Under the pieces are notes generated by a model. That model saw only the letters and a program-made list of their open reading frames with translations, was not told where the DNA came from and ran no database searches. Shown in pieces: positions 1 to 9,628 of a stretch of 59,084 nt of DNA (positions are counted from its first letter, which is position 1; each line of letters opens with the position of its first letter). This stretch comes from an uncultured Chitinophaga sp. (lineage in GTDB: Bacteria > Bacteroidota > Bacteroidia > Chitinophagales > Chitinophagaceae), in NCBI GenBank assembly GCA_964592935.1, contig CAZQGZ010000001.1, forward strand, positions 1-59,084. The letters run 5' to 3'. Made by a program: the position numbers and the translations under genes.

Positions 1-341
1 GATTGCTCTTCAGCAAATGTTTCGATCAAATGATCCACCCGGTATCTTTTCTTACTGTCCTTATTATCGATCATCGGGTCGTTGAAATTATCCACGTGAC
101 CGCTGGCCTTCCAGGTGGTGGGATGCATGAAGATGGCTGCATCAATTCCCACTATATTTTCATGGAGGCGGGTCATGCTATCCCACCAGTAGTCTTTGAT
201 ATTTTTTTTCAGTTCGCTGCCCCACTGGCCATAATCATATACCGCCTGGAGGCCGTCATAAATTTCGCTGGATGGAAAAATAAATCCGTACTCCTTGCAG
301 TGAGAGATGATTGCCTGGAACCTGCTTGAATCGTTTGCCAT
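1..341 (-). CDS. glyQS: glycine--tRNA ligase, homodimeric type (5' part; runs off the window)
   Basis: Manual minus-strand translation from ATG at 341: MANDSSRFQAIISHCKEYGFIFPSSEIYDGLQAVYDYGQWGSELKKNIK...FMHPTTWKASGHVDNFNDPMID. Not in the ORF track because it is truncated. Confidence 0.93.
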   Translation of the reverse strand, partial: MANDSSRFQAIISHCKEYGFIFPSSEIYDGLQAVYDYGQWGSELKKNIKDYWWDSMTRLHENIVGIDAAIFMHPTTWKASGHVDNFNDPMIDNKDSKKRYRVDHLIETFAEEQ

Positions 342-347
342 AGGGCG

Positions 348-355
348 CAAAAGTA
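348..355 (-). promoter_or_regulatory. Bacteroidota -7 promoter element (TAnnTTTG) for glyQS
   Basis: TACTTTTG on the minus strand, 6 nt before the ATG. Confidence 0.6.
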
Positions 356-410
356 AGAAGTTGAATTAAGATTTGCGGGAATGAATGGATCAGGGGAATA
401 TCCGGCTTAG

Positions 411-485
411 ATTTCACGAAGCGCCCGCAAAGGAGCAAACAACTCAACGCTGTGCCGCTTCTTCGCTGCGATCGCTGCGGGAAAT
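411..485. repeat. imperfect intergenic palindromic element
   Basis: ATTTCACGAAGCG...CGCTGCGGGAAAT imperfect inverted ends. Confidence 0.45.
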
Positions 486-541
486 AATTATCCCGGACAC
501 TACATTGATCTGTGGAAGAAAAACCACTATAAGGATTTTTC

Positions 542-868
542 CTATTTCAGTTTCTCATTCTGCTGATGCCTCTCCGCATCTCTGCTTGTCTTCTTCTCAA
601 AATTCTCTTTCAACGCCTGGGTAAGATCCACCCCCGTTTGATTCGCCAGGCACAACAATACCCACAGCACATCCGCCATCTCATCACCCAGGTTCCTGTT
701 TTTATCCGATTCTTTAAAACTCTGATCACCGTATTGACGGGCCATGATCCGGGCCAGTTCTCCCACTTCTTCGGTAAGGATCGCCATATTGGTGAGTTCA
801 CTGAAATACCGGACGCCGGTCGTTTTTATCCAACCGTCCACCTGTTGTTGCGCTTGCTGAATAGTCAT
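542..868 (-). CDS. MazG-like nucleotide pyrophosphohydrolase (YpjD-like)
   Basis: LTEEVGELAR and DEMADVLWVL motifs; start taken at MTIQQAQ. Confidence 0.9.
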   Translation of the reverse strand: MTIQQAQQQVDGWIKTTGVRYFSELTNMAILTEEVGELARIMARQYGDQSFKESDKNRNLGDEMADVLWVLLCLANQTGVDLTQALKENFEKKTSRDAERHQQNEKLK

Positions 869-973
869 AACAAAATTTTTTATCGGTCTCCTGCAATTTA
901 GCATGATTCTTGCCCTTTACCATCTCCCTTTCCTTTGAAGACCTTGATTAAACCCATTCCTTTAAAAAATTAA

Positions 974-1315
974 TTGTATTCTATGCCGGCAATATCCCTG
1001 CAAAAGTCACTGGTAACGGTCATTTTATCGGTTTCCATTTTTGTTTCGCGGGCACAGCCTGCAGATCTTCAACCATTGAAAAAGGAAATCCGCCCTTACA
1101 AAATACTTGCTTCAGGTAAAGAAATCACATTAAAAAGCAGCCGGAATATTCAGCATGTCATGTTATGGACCACCAATGGACACAGGGTTGTGGAGCAAAG
1201 AGAGATCAATGCCGCTTCATTTACATTCATTATTCCTATCCATGAAAAAATTTATTTCCTGATGGTGGGACTGGAGGGAGGGAAGGTTTATACCGAGAAA
1301 ATCGGAATTCAATAG
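974..1315 (+). CDS. small secreted hypothetical protein resembling a T9SS C-terminal-type domain
   Basis: Signal peptide ...SRA-Q; C-terminus KIYFLMV...VYTEKIGI. Confidence 0.65.
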   Translation: MYSMPAISLQKSLVTVILSVSIFVSRAQPADLQPLKKEIRPYKILASGKEITLKSSRNIQHVMLWTTNGHRVVEQREINAASFTFIIPIHEKIYFLMVGLEGGKVYTEKIGIQ

Positions 1316-1407
1316 AGAAATAAAGAATAAGGAATTAATAATAAAAAACGCAAAAGTCGTTCATGAATGATCCACTTTTTAATTATTTATTTTTCATTTT
1401 TTATTTC
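1316..1407. repeat. degenerate A/T heptamer inverted arrays between convergent genes
   Basis: AGAAATA AAGAATA AGGAATT AATAATA on the left; complementary T-rich array on the right. Confidence 0.45.
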
Positions 1408-1860
1408 TTATTCCTTCTTCCCTGAATCAATTATTATCGTAACCGGCCCGTCATTCACCAACTCCACTTTCATATCGGCGCCGAATATCCCGGTTTTGAT
1501 CTCCTTACCGAGATCGGTTGCTAACTGACGGATCATTTTTTCATACATGGGAACGGCTATGTCCGGTTTGCTGGCCCGGATATAAGAAGGACGGTTCCCT
1601 TTTTTAGTGGATGCATGCAAAGTAAACTGGCTGATCAGCAGGATATCCCCTCCTGTCTCTTTGATGGAAATATTCATGATCCCTTCCCGGTCATTAAAGA
1701 TTCTGAGGTTGGTGATTTTCCCTGAAAGCCATTCAATATCTTCCTGTGTATCGGCATTTTCAATACCCAGCAACACCAATAGTCCATCTTGAATAGAAGC
1801 ATGAACTTTCCCCTCTATGGTTACACCGGCATGGGTTACTCGTTGAATGATTGCACGCAT
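1408..1860 (-). CDS. dtd: D-aminoacyl-tRNA deacylase
   Basis: MRAIIQRV, SQFTL and NDGPVT motifs. Confidence 0.97.
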   Translation of the reverse strand: MRAIIQRVTHAGVTIEGKVHASIQDGLLVLLGIENADTQEDIEWLSGKITNLRIFNDREGIMNISIKETGGDILLISQFTLHASTKKGNRPSYIRASKPDIAVPMYEKMIRQLATDLGKEIKTGIFGADMKVELVNDGPVTIIIDSGKKE

Positions 1861-1862
1861 TT

Positions 1863-1965
1863 TGGTTGCTGGTTGCTTGTTGCTGGTAAAGTCTCCTATA
1901 AAGATAGCATCATAATGGGATTGAAATTACCTTTACAAGAAAACCAGAGACCAGTAACAGCAACC
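1863..1965. repeat. heptamer inverted array element (TGGTTGC family)
   Basis: TGGTTGC TGGTTGC TTGTTGC TGGT ... AACCAGA GACCAGT AACAGC AACC. Confidence 0.65.
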
Positions 1966-1971
1966 TGTGTA

Positions 1972-2376
1972 ATGATTGACATAAGTAAAGAAATATCTTT
2001 CCAAACCACCCGCAGCGGGGGGAAGGGCGGGCAAAATGTAAACAAAGTGGAAACAGCGGTTATCGGCAGTTTTCATATCGACAATTCTTCTTTTTTTACG
2101 GATGAACAAAAACAAATTCTGAAAGAAAAACTTGGTAACCGGATCAATGCAGATGGAATTTTACTGGTGCGTTCCCAGGTCCACCGCACCCAGCTTGCCA
2201 ATAAAGAAGAAGTCATAGAAAAAATAAACCGGCTGGTTCATCATGCACTTGAAAAAAAGAAACCCCGCATTGCCACCCGGATCAGTAAAGCCACCCGCGA
2301 AAAAAGACTGGAATCGAAGAAGAGAAGGGCTGAAATTAAATCGGGAAGACAACGGTTGAAACCAGGAGATTTCTGA
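1972..2376 (+). CDS. arfB: alternative ribosome rescue factor B (peptidyl-tRNA hydrolase)
   Basis: RSGGKGGQNVNKVET, RTQLANK and a basic C-tail; start at MIDISKE. Confidence 0.95.
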   Translation: MIDISKEISFQTTRSGGKGGQNVNKVETAVIGSFHIDNSSFFTDEQKQILKEKLGNRINADGILLVRSQVHRTQLANKEEVIEKINRLVHHALEKKKPRIATRISKATREKRLESKKRRAEIKSGRQRLKPGDF

Positions 2377-2640
2377 TTGTTTGATGGTTTGATTGTTTAA
2401 TTGTTTGATGGTTTGAAGGCGAAATAGTTAGAGCATATCTCAAAAGTCGAAAACAAGAGGAGCACAACGAACCTGCCTACCGGCAGTCAGGCACAAAGGT
2501 CACACGAAGAACACAACGACTTCGTAATAAGGGTGTATTTGCGTTGTGTTCTTTGTGTTCCGTCGTGTTCTTTGTGTTCCACCTTACTTTTGAGATGGTT
2601 TTTAGAATTAACAATCAAACAACCTGGCCATCAAACAATT
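2374..2640. repeat. nested composite palindromic element (8-mer arrays, ATCTCAAAAGT TIR, 9-mer arrays, CCTGCCTACCGGCAG palindrome)
   Basis: Outer TGATTGTT/TGATGGTT vs AACAATCA; ATCTCAAAAGT vs ACTTTTGAGAT; GAACACAACG vs CGTTGTGTTC; palindrome at 2472-2491. Confidence 0.85.
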
Positions 2641-2695
2641 TTTTTCATGAAAAAAGCCCTGAGAAAAATCGTAAATTGGAAACCCGATTCATCCC

Positions 2696-3745
2696 ATGCG
2701 CAAAACAACAACGACGATATTTTTTTTATTTGCTACTATCATTTTCCTCTCTTACCTGCTTGGTTCCTGTAAAAAAGAACAAAACACAAAAGGACTTGAA
2801 TTGTTGCAGCAGGAATTACCCGAAGGATTTCCCGCACCGGTTTACACTTTCACCAATAATCCGCTGAGTAAAGAAGGTTTCGAACTGGGGCGCAAACTTT
2901 TTTATGATGAACGTCTTTCCATCGATAATAAACACCCCTGTTCGGATTGCCACCAGCAAATCGCGGCCTTCGGCACGTTCGAGCACGACCTCAGCCATGG
3001 CGTTTTTGATTCGCATACGCTGCGGAATGCGCCGGTGCTGTTCAACCTGGCGTGGAATAACAATTTTCACTGGGACGGTGAATTCAGTTCTTTGCAGGAT
3101 GAAGCCGCACAACCCATCAACGGTCATGTTGAAATGGGCGAAACCTATGAGGGAATAATTAATAAAATAAAAGACGATCCGGAATATCAAAAAATGTTCA
3201 AAGAAGTTTTCAGGTATCCTTTTATCAGGCCCGAATTTATTTTAAAAGCCCTGGAACAATTTACCGGGTATATGGTATCGGCCAATTCAAAATATGATAT
3301 AGGCATCCGGCTGGGATTGATCCCCGTTACGCAACAGGAAGCCCGGGGATACCAGGTATATAAAGCCAATTGCGCCACCTGTCACCCGGAACCCCTGTTC
3401 ACCGATAACAGGTTCCATAATACCGGACTGCCTCTTGATAATTTTCTGAAAGATTACGGTCGGATGAGGATAACCGGTAAAAAAGAAGATTCATTGAAGT
3501 TTAAAACGCCCACGCTGCGCAATGTCTATATTTCATCCAATTATATGCACGACGGGAGATTCAATACGTTATCGCAATGCCTCAATCATTACCGCACCGG
3601 CATTCAGCAAAGCGCCACGCTGGATCCATTATTAACAAACGGAATTTCGTTAACCAATTCGGAGGCAACCGACCTGACTGTTTTTCTGCGTATGCTTACG
3701 GATTCAAGCTTTTTGAAAGATCCCCGGTTTGCCAGACCCCAATAG
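2696..3745 (+). CDS. di-heme cytochrome c peroxidase (CCP/MauG/MbnH-like) lipoprotein
   Basis: CSDCH and CATCH heme motifs, RNAP, FKTPTLRN, YMHDG; lipobox LGSC. Confidence 0.92.
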   Translation: MRKTTTTIFFLFATIIFLSYLLGSCKKEQNTKGLELLQQELPEGFPAPVYTFTNNPLSKEGFELGRKLFYDERLSIDNKHPCSDCHQQIAAFGTFEHDLSHGVFDSHTLRNAPVLFNLAWNNNFHWDGEFSSLQDEAAQPINGHVEMGETYEGIINKIKDDPEYQKMFKEVFRYPFIRPEFILKALEQFTGYMVSANSKYDIGIRLGLIPVTQQEARGYQVYKANCATCHPEPLFTDNRFHNTGLPLDNFLKDYGRMRITGKKEDSLKFKTPTLRNVYISSNYMHDGRFNTLSQCLNHYRTGIQQSATLDPLLTNGISLTNSEATDLTVFLRMLTDSSFLKDPRFARPQ

Positions 3746-3918
3746 CCATTAGTTATTAGCTGTTAGCCATTAGCTTTTTTTCGTTCCTCAATCAGATGTC
3801 AATTCTTATCAGGTTTTTTGTTGGTGCCACTGGAGTTTATCTACCAGACATTAATTAATAAAAGATAGCTCAAAGGCGGATGATTAAAGCTAACGGCTAA
3901 CAGCTAATAGCTAACAGC
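3743..3918. repeat. heptamer inverted array element (TAGCYRT family), no ORF inside
   Basis: TAGCCAT TAGTTAT TAGCTGT TAGCCAT TAGC ... AGCTAA CGGCTAA CAGCTAA TAGCTAA CAGC. Confidence 0.85.
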
Positions 3919-3923
3919 CTTCC

Positions 3924-4565
3924 TCAATTTGCTTTCCGTTGCTTTTTGAGATTTTCCAATATTTCTTTCTGCGCCACAATGTCTTTCTGGGTATCGTCCT
4001 GGCCCTTGATATTGTCCTGTATTTTTTTCTCCAGTTCCAGTTTATCCTGCTGAAGTTCTTTCAATTTTTTTTCCGCTTTGGCGACCAGTTCTTCCTGTTC
4101 CTGTATCTGCAATTCCAGTTGCGCCGCTTCCACATCAGGAAGAAGGTTATCCAAAAAGGCTTTGGCATTTCTGATTTCTCCGGCTTCCATACCGGCGATG
4201 GCATTCTGGTCCTTATTCATAACGATCAGGTATAAAAGGGATTCATCTTCCTCTTTCCGGCTCTTTCTTTCAACCTGGATGATATAATCCATCTTGCTCC
4301 GTGTGATCTCCGTGATATAAATATTTTTATAGACCCGGGATCCCCTGTCCTTATTTAAGAACCCTTTTTCCTCCTTTCCTTTGTAACCCATTTTCTCCAA
4401 TTTTTTAACGATGGCGTTTTCAACCGCCTGTGCGGGATAATGGAACTGGATCACAAACGCATCCTGCTTTTTCCTGTCATAGTCGGTTTTTCCTTCATAA
4501 GCCTGTGCAGATGCCATTGCTGTAAAAAGGAATAAGAGTCCGAAAGAGAATATGATCTTCTTCAT
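3924..4565 (-). CDS. secreted hypothetical protein with C-terminal coiled coil
   Basis: Signal peptide ASA-Q; heptad Q/E/K-rich C-terminus. Confidence 0.85.
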   Translation of the reverse strand: MKKIIFSFGLLFLFTAMASAQAYEGKTDYDRKKQDAFVIQFHYPAQAVENAIVKKLEKMGYKGKEEKGFLNKDRGSRVYKNIYITEITRSKMDYIIQVERKSRKEEDESLLYLIVMNKDQNAIAGMEAGEIRNAKAFLDNLLPDVEAAQLELQIQEQEELVAKAEKKLKELQQDKLELEKKIQDNIKGQDDTQKDIVAQKEILENLKKQRKAN

Positions 4566-4663
4566 AACTGGTTTTTGGCGTTAAAGATACTATAAAGGGT
4601 CGCGAATATTTGAAAATTGAGGATTGTTTGTTTTGTTATCGGGTCTTTTACAAGCTGGACAAT

Positions 4664-4763
4664 AAGACTCAATATATCAACACTCAACAAACAAGACTCA
4701 AGTGCCCGAATATGAACTGACTGACCTGAGAATTGAGGATTGTTTGTTGATATATTGAGTCTT
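4664..4763. repeat. MITE-like palindromic element, AAGACTCAATAT family (copy 1)
   Basis: AAGACTCAATATATCAACA ... TGTTGATATATTGAGTCTT; an extra right-arm copy (AATTGAGGATTGTTTGTT) at about 4615. Confidence 0.85.
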
Positions 4764-4901
4764 TTTCAGTTCTGCCAAATCCTGTTAAGAGAAAAGTTGG
4801 GTACGTCAATTGAAAAATCCGGGTTAAAGAAGGGTTCTGCAGGCGCTGAATTCGTTTTTTGCCTGCCTATCAATTACTTTTGTTTCCAAATTTTCAATTC
4901 G

Positions 4902-6422
4902 TTGAGTGGTATCAAAAAACTGGCGGGGCAAACATTGTGGTATGGTGTTCCCACCATTGCAAGCCGATTTTTGGGTTACCTGATGAATCTTTCATTACCG
5001 CTAATTTTTGCCCAGCCCGCCAAAACAGCAGACCTCACACAGATCTATGCCATCATTCCGTTTCTAAATGTATTGTTCACGTATGGTTTGGAAACCGCTT
5101 ATTTCCGTTTTTCGCAGGATACCGATAAAGCGAAATTATATAATACACTCTCTGTTTCGTTGATTGGTTCATCTGTTTTCTTTACAGCCTTGCTTTTTGT
5201 TTTCAAAGACAATATTGTTCATTGGGCAAACCTCGAACAACATCCAGAATATATCACCTGGATGGCCGTTATCATTTTCTTTGATGCCATCAGCACACTG
5301 GCATTTGCAAAACTGCGGCAGGAGAACCGTCCCAAACGATATGCCTTTGCCCGCATCTCCGGTGTGCTCGTCAATGTAATAGTAGTGATCCTTTTCCTGG
5401 CCGTGATACCCAAATACCTGGCAAATCACCCGGATAGTTTTTTAAAAAATATGTACAACAGGGATACCGGGATCGGTTATTACCTGATCGGGAATATCTG
5501 CGGAACGGTTTTTACATTTTTCTTACTGAGAAAAGAATTTTTCCAGGTACGATTTCAGTTTGACAGTAAACTATGGAAAAAAATATTGCATTATTCTTAC
5601 CCGTTGGTGATCGTGGGTATGGGGGGGATGGTGAATGACATGCTGAGCCGGCTGATCTACCAGCATGTAGTGAACCTTCCCGAAGAACAGGCAAAACATG
5701 AGTTAGGTATTTTTGGAAATATTTATCGTCTTGCAGTTCTTATTACGATCATGATACAGGCTTTCCGCATGGCGGCTGAACCATTCTTCTTCAACCGCAG
5801 CAAAGAAGAAGATGCTCCCCGTACTTATGCAAGAGTGATGAAATTTTTTGTGATCGCTTCCTGCTTTATGTTTCTTTTTATCAGTTTGTATATCGATGTG
5901 TTCCGCTGGTTCTTTATTGCTGTTCATAAACCGGCATGGGTGGAAGGGTTGTATATTGTCCCGCTATTGGCATTGGGAAATGTTTTCCTCGGCATTTATT
6001 ATAACCTCAGCATCTGGTACAAACTGAAAAATAAGAATATGCTGGGCGCCCTGATCACCATTGCCGGCGCTATCATCACCATTGTGCTTAATATTCTGCT
6101 GATACCAAAATATCATTATCTCGGTGCTGCCATTGCCACCTTCTCTTGTTATTTATTTATGATGATAGTAAGTTATGTGTTGGGGCAGAAATATTACCCA
6201 GTGCCTTATGCCAAAACAAAACTTATTGCTTACCTCGTATTGGTAGTCCTTATTTTCGGGGCGCATTGGGGGATGGTTTACCTATGGCCAAATCGCTGGT
6301 TCAATCTTGGCACTGCAACGCTGCTCCTGCTGTTGTTTACGTTGTTTGTTGGCAAAATTGAAAAAAAGGAGTTGGCGAAGTTGCCGTTGATAGGGAGGCT
6401 TTTTAAACTGAAAATCACTTAA
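4902..6422 (+). CDS. Wzx/MOP-family polysaccharide flippase
   Basis: About 14 TM segments; KKLAGQTLWYG, YGLETAYFRF and AFRMAAEPFFF; probable TTG start downstream of TACTTTTG (4875-4882). Confidence 0.88.
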   Translation: MSGIKKLAGQTLWYGVPTIASRFLGYLMNLSLPLIFAQPAKTADLTQIYAIIPFLNVLFTYGLETAYFRFSQDTDKAKLYNTLSVSLIGSSVFFTALLFVFKDNIVHWANLEQHPEYITWMAVIIFFDAISTLAFAKLRQENRPKRYAFARISGVLVNVIVVILFLAVIPKYLANHPDSFLKNMYNRDTGIGYYLIGNICGTVFTFFLLRKEFFQVRFQFDSKLWKKILHYSYPLVIVGMGGMVNDMLSRLIYQHVVNLPEEQAKHELGIFGNIYRLAVLITIMIQAFRMAAEPFFFNRSKEEDAPRTYARVMKFFVIASCFMFLFISLYIDVFRWFFIAVHKPAWVEGLYIVPLLALGNVFLGIYYNLSIWYKLKNKNMLGALITIAGAIITIVLNILLIPKYHYLGAAIATFSCYLFMMIVSYVLGQKYYPVPYAKTKLIAYLVLVVLIFGAHWGMVYLWPNRWFNLGTATLLLLLFTLFVGKIEKKELAKLPLIGRLFKLKIT

Positions 6423-6619
6423 TGCAGTTTTTACGGCGATTGCTACAAACCTATACACAAACTTGTCTGATAAATCATCTTTAAATTGTGGAGAAGAAAC
6501 AGCAGTAAAGAAATCATCTCTATTTGATTACATCAGCAAAAACCAACAACCTGAATGATAAGCTTCTTGATTACAGAAAATTTGCAAGTAAACAGATCAT
6601 AAAACCGATTCAAAGCCTC

Positions 6620-7333
6620 TCATTGCCGTGGGTTTCCTATTTCAATCCAGACATGATAACCATCACGGGTTGTTTCCATAATTACACTGACTCCTCCAGC
6701 CATATCTTGAAATGATGTTTCAACCCTGTCACCCTTCGATTCAGTTAAGGGTTCCGGCCAGCAGTATGACATAAGATCCACAGCCATGTCAAAAACAACT
6801 TTGGAATGAATGTAATTCGGCGATATCCCATAATCATAGTAAGCTTTGCTATTATCCAGCTCGAAAATCAATTTTGCCATCGGGAGTTCATAATCACTCT
6901 GCTTTCTCCGTTTAGAAGTTTCCCAATGAGCATATAGCCGTCTGATTATAAAACAAAAATCAAATTTCCTGGTATCCGTTATCCGATCGAAATTGTAATC
7001 ACCATTCCACCAACCCATTTCAACATGATCCGTATAAGTTCGCTTTCCTATTCCATATCCCCACTCACCTTCATGTTTTACACCATTTGCCCAGGTTTTG
7101 ATCCCCCAACTCCAGGGTTCATTTTCAAGAAACATACCTTCATATTTATCGCCATTCACCCAATAATAAGTTCCATCTCCGCTTTGTTTACCGTTTTTGA
7201 AGTCTCCTTCATATCTGTCTCCATTAGCATATCGCATTACGCCATAACCGTCAATACAATTTCCTGAGATGCATGTTTGTGCATTTGCGGTATATGAAAA
7301 GGCTATTAAAATTCCTATTAAGATATTTTTCAT
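6620..7333 (-). CDS. secreted MORN-repeat protein with unknown C-terminal domain
   Basis: Signal peptide, QTCISGNCIDGYG cap, YEGxF/W-xxG MORN repeats. Confidence 0.85.
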   Translation of the reverse strand: MKNILIGILIAFSYTANAQTCISGNCIDGYGVMRYANGDRYEGDFKNGKQSGDGTYYWVNGDKYEGMFLENEPWSWGIKTWANGVKHEGEWGYGIGKRTYTDHVEMGWWNGDYNFDRITDTRKFDFCFIIRRLYAHWETSKRRKQSDYELPMAKLIFELDNSKAYYDYGISPNYIHSKVVFDMAVDLMSYCWPEPLTESKGDRVETSFQDMAGGVSVIMETTRDGYHVWIEIGNPRQ

Positions 7334-7400
7334 GCCATTTTGTTTTAGTTTAGTAGAAACAAGCTAGATATTGTAGATATATCACAATATTTTGACGATA

Positions 7401-8513
7401 TTAATCTTTTACGCAACGAACAGACATACCATATCCCTTCAAGTTGCCAAATCTACCAACCCACCCGTTATATGCACGCAAATCAAAAGACAAGGCAACA
7501 TTATTCCCAGTTTCTTCACTAGTCCACCAATAGCCAGAACTGCCAATCATAATAAATGAACCAAGGCTACTTCTGTGCCCTCCGGGAAGAGCAGTAAAAC
7601 TACTTTCATTTGTACCATTATTATGATCGTCCCAACCACTATTTTTTTTCAATCCTAGTCCAGCCATTTTTTCTCCGCCATAAATATTAACCAAGTAATC
7701 CCATTCTTCCATAGTTGACACATGCCAACCTACGGGTGCTAATCCTCTTGGATCATTTACTGCATACCAATTATATAACTTGCCGTATTTCTTGTCATTT
7801 TCCAAATCGTTACCATAATAACACCATGCTGGTTTTCCATCTATACCCGCCTGCACCCATTCCTCTTGAGTCCTGACTTGCGTAATAGGATCTCCATTTC
7901 TAAAAATCGATACATCCAGATTTCTATCCATCCATTCTTTATTGCCAATTTTTATTGTATTAAATAATGAAGTGTTATTATCTTCTGCAACATCGTTAAC
8001 CCAAAGGCCCTCATATACATTCCCATTAGGCCAATAATATTTCCCTTTCCCATTACGTTTGTCGTCCACAAAGTATCCTTCAAATCTCTGTCCGCTAATG
8101 AAATGATCTTTTCCGGGGCCATTTCTACGACCATTGACGTAAATTCCTTCCACCCAATTCCCGTTTGTCCAATAATATTTGCCTTTCCCTTGCCTTACAT
8201 CATTTACAAATTCTCCGATATACATTTCCCCGACAGCGAAAGTGTCTTTCCCAAATCCATTTCTTTTGTTATTAGCCCACATGCCATCATAATAGCCTCC
8301 ATTCCCATAATCCATTTTACCCTTTCCGCTTCTCATGCCATTTATCCAATTTCCTTCATATTTATGCCCATTCGAATATTGAAAAACACCAAATCCATTT
8401 TTGCAATCTCCTGAAAGGCATTGTGCAAATAAGTTTATATCGTATGTAAATAGAATGCTAATCATACAACAGAAACTTATTTGATTTGTCAAAATTTTAA
8501 AAACTCTTGCCAT
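7401..8513 (-). CDS. secreted MORN-repeat protein with Fibrobacter succinogenes major paralogous (FISUMP) domain
   Basis: QCLSGDCKNGFG cap, about 6 MORN repeats, then IKIGNKEWMDRNL...YGKLYNWYAV...GMSVRCVKD. Confidence 0.92.
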   Translation of the reverse strand: MARVFKILTNQISFCCMISILFTYDINLFAQCLSGDCKNGFGVFQYSNGHKYEGNWINGMRSGKGKMDYGNGGYYDGMWANNKRNGFGKDTFAVGEMYIGEFVNDVRQGKGKYYWTNGNWVEGIYVNGRRNGPGKDHFISGQRFEGYFVDDKRNGKGKYYWPNGNVYEGLWVNDVAEDNNTSLFNTIKIGNKEWMDRNLDVSIFRNGDPITQVRTQEEWVQAGIDGKPAWCYYGNDLENDKKYGKLYNWYAVNDPRGLAPVGWHVSTMEEWDYLVNIYGGEKMAGLGLKKNSGWDDHNNGTNESSFTALPGGHRSSLGSFIMIGSSGYWWTSEETGNNVALSFDLRAYNGWVGRFGNLKGYGMSVRCVKD

Positions 8514-8530
8514 TTAAACTTGATTTTATA

Positions 8531-9517
8531 TTATTTTCTGATAAGAAAAAATATACCGCTGCACATATCACTTGTAAAACAAATTATCGCTTCGCCATTG
8601 TCATAAAAGCCAATTTGTCCCATACTACCGGCATAATACTTTTTTGCATTTGTCAATAAGCAATTAATTGGTGTATTGGCAGATTTTGTTACTCTGGTTT
8701 CAATAGATCCATGTCCTCCACGAAAATAATTACCACTGCTTTCTTTAAACACTCCATAAACAGCGGCTCTTGGAGGTCGTTCCAAACTAATTTTGATAAT
8801 GGCGATTAAATTACCTCCAACTGAATAATTAAACTCCGCATAGATAGTTTCATCTGTAACCGTAAACTGTATATTTTGAGCTATAAGTATCGAATTGTTT
8901 TGAACAAACGGATAGGAATTACTATAACCTGCTGGCTTATTAGTTGATGTAAAATAAGCTTTCCAAGTTCCTGCCAGTTCTTTTCTTTCAAACATTGACC
9001 TGTCTTTCATCCATTCTTCTTTGTTTGGATAATAACCGATAGGTCTGTCATATGCAAAATCCCCACTATAAATAAGACTACTAATATCATCATCATGATT
9101 TCTGTGACACCCTCCTTTTCCACTTTTAACCCCGTTTTCCCAATCTCCAACATAATATTTACATCCCGGGCAATTGGGAACGTAGAGACGGGCTGTATAT
9201 AATGATCCATAACCATGTCTCTTACCATTTTTAAAATATCCATCGTATTCATCGCCATTAGTGTATGTCATAATACCACGGCCATGCTGTTCTCCATTTA
9301 GCCATTCGCCATCATACTTATTACCTGAAGCCCAATAATAAACTCCCTGGCCATTTCTTTTTCCTTCTAAAAATTGTCCTTCATAGCGATCACCGCCATC
9401 ATATTTAAAAACACCTCGCCCATCTTCACAATTTCCAGAAATACATTGGGCATTTAAATTATTAATACATGTACATAACAAAACCGTATATGTTTTTATC
9501 AAGAAAATCTTTTTCAT
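8531..9517 (-). CDS. secreted MORN-repeat protein with unknown C-terminal domain
   Basis: QCISGNCEDGRG cap, MORN repeats, NCPGCKYYVGDW. Confidence 0.87.
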   Translation of the reverse strand: MKKIFLIKTYTVLLCTCINNLNAQCISGNCEDGRGVFKYDGGDRYEGQFLEGKRNGQGVYYWASGNKYDGEWLNGEQHGRGIMTYTNGDEYDGYFKNGKRHGYGSLYTARLYVPNCPGCKYYVGDWENGVKSGKGGCHRNHDDDISSLIYSGDFAYDRPIGYYPNKEEWMKDRSMFERKELAGTWKAYFTSTNKPAGYSNSYPFVQNNSILIAQNIQFTVTDETIYAEFNYSVGGNLIAIIKISLERPPRAAVYGVFKESSGNYFRGGHGSIETRVTKSANTPINCLLTNAKKYYAGSMGQIGFYDNGEAIICFTSDMCSGIFFLIRK

Positions 9518-9531
9518 TCTTTTTGTTTTGT

Positions 9532-9539
9532 CAAAAATA
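9532..9539 (-). promoter_or_regulatory. putative -7 element of the MORN operon
   Basis: TATTTTTG matches TAnnTTTG, 14 nt before the ATG at 9517. Confidence 0.45.
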
Positions 9540-9585
9540 AATTTGACAATACCGTAATAAATACAACAGCTATGGCATTTTTATC

Positions 9586-9601
9586 TACCGTGTTCACGGT
9601 A
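9586..9601. promoter_or_regulatory. NarL/LuxR-type 7-2-7 inverted-repeat operator
   Basis: TACCGTG-TT-CACGGTA perfect inverted heptamers next to a NarL-family regulator gene; extra half-site TACCGTA at 9550. Confidence 0.7.
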
Positions 9602-9628
9602 TATCAATAAATAAGAAGGAATAGAAAT

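Noticed and set aside
3-329. Plus-strand 108-aa ORF
   Set aside because: It is the antisense shadow of glyQS on the minus strand.
2374-2640. Possible CRISPR array in the intergenic repeats
   Set aside because: The units are 7-10 nt, tandem and inverted, with no spacers and no cas genes.
7401-7560. FISUMP C-terminus as a DGR variable region
   Set aside because: No template repeat or reverse transcriptase is in the window. The bAvd-like gene 31 kb away is not enough evidence.
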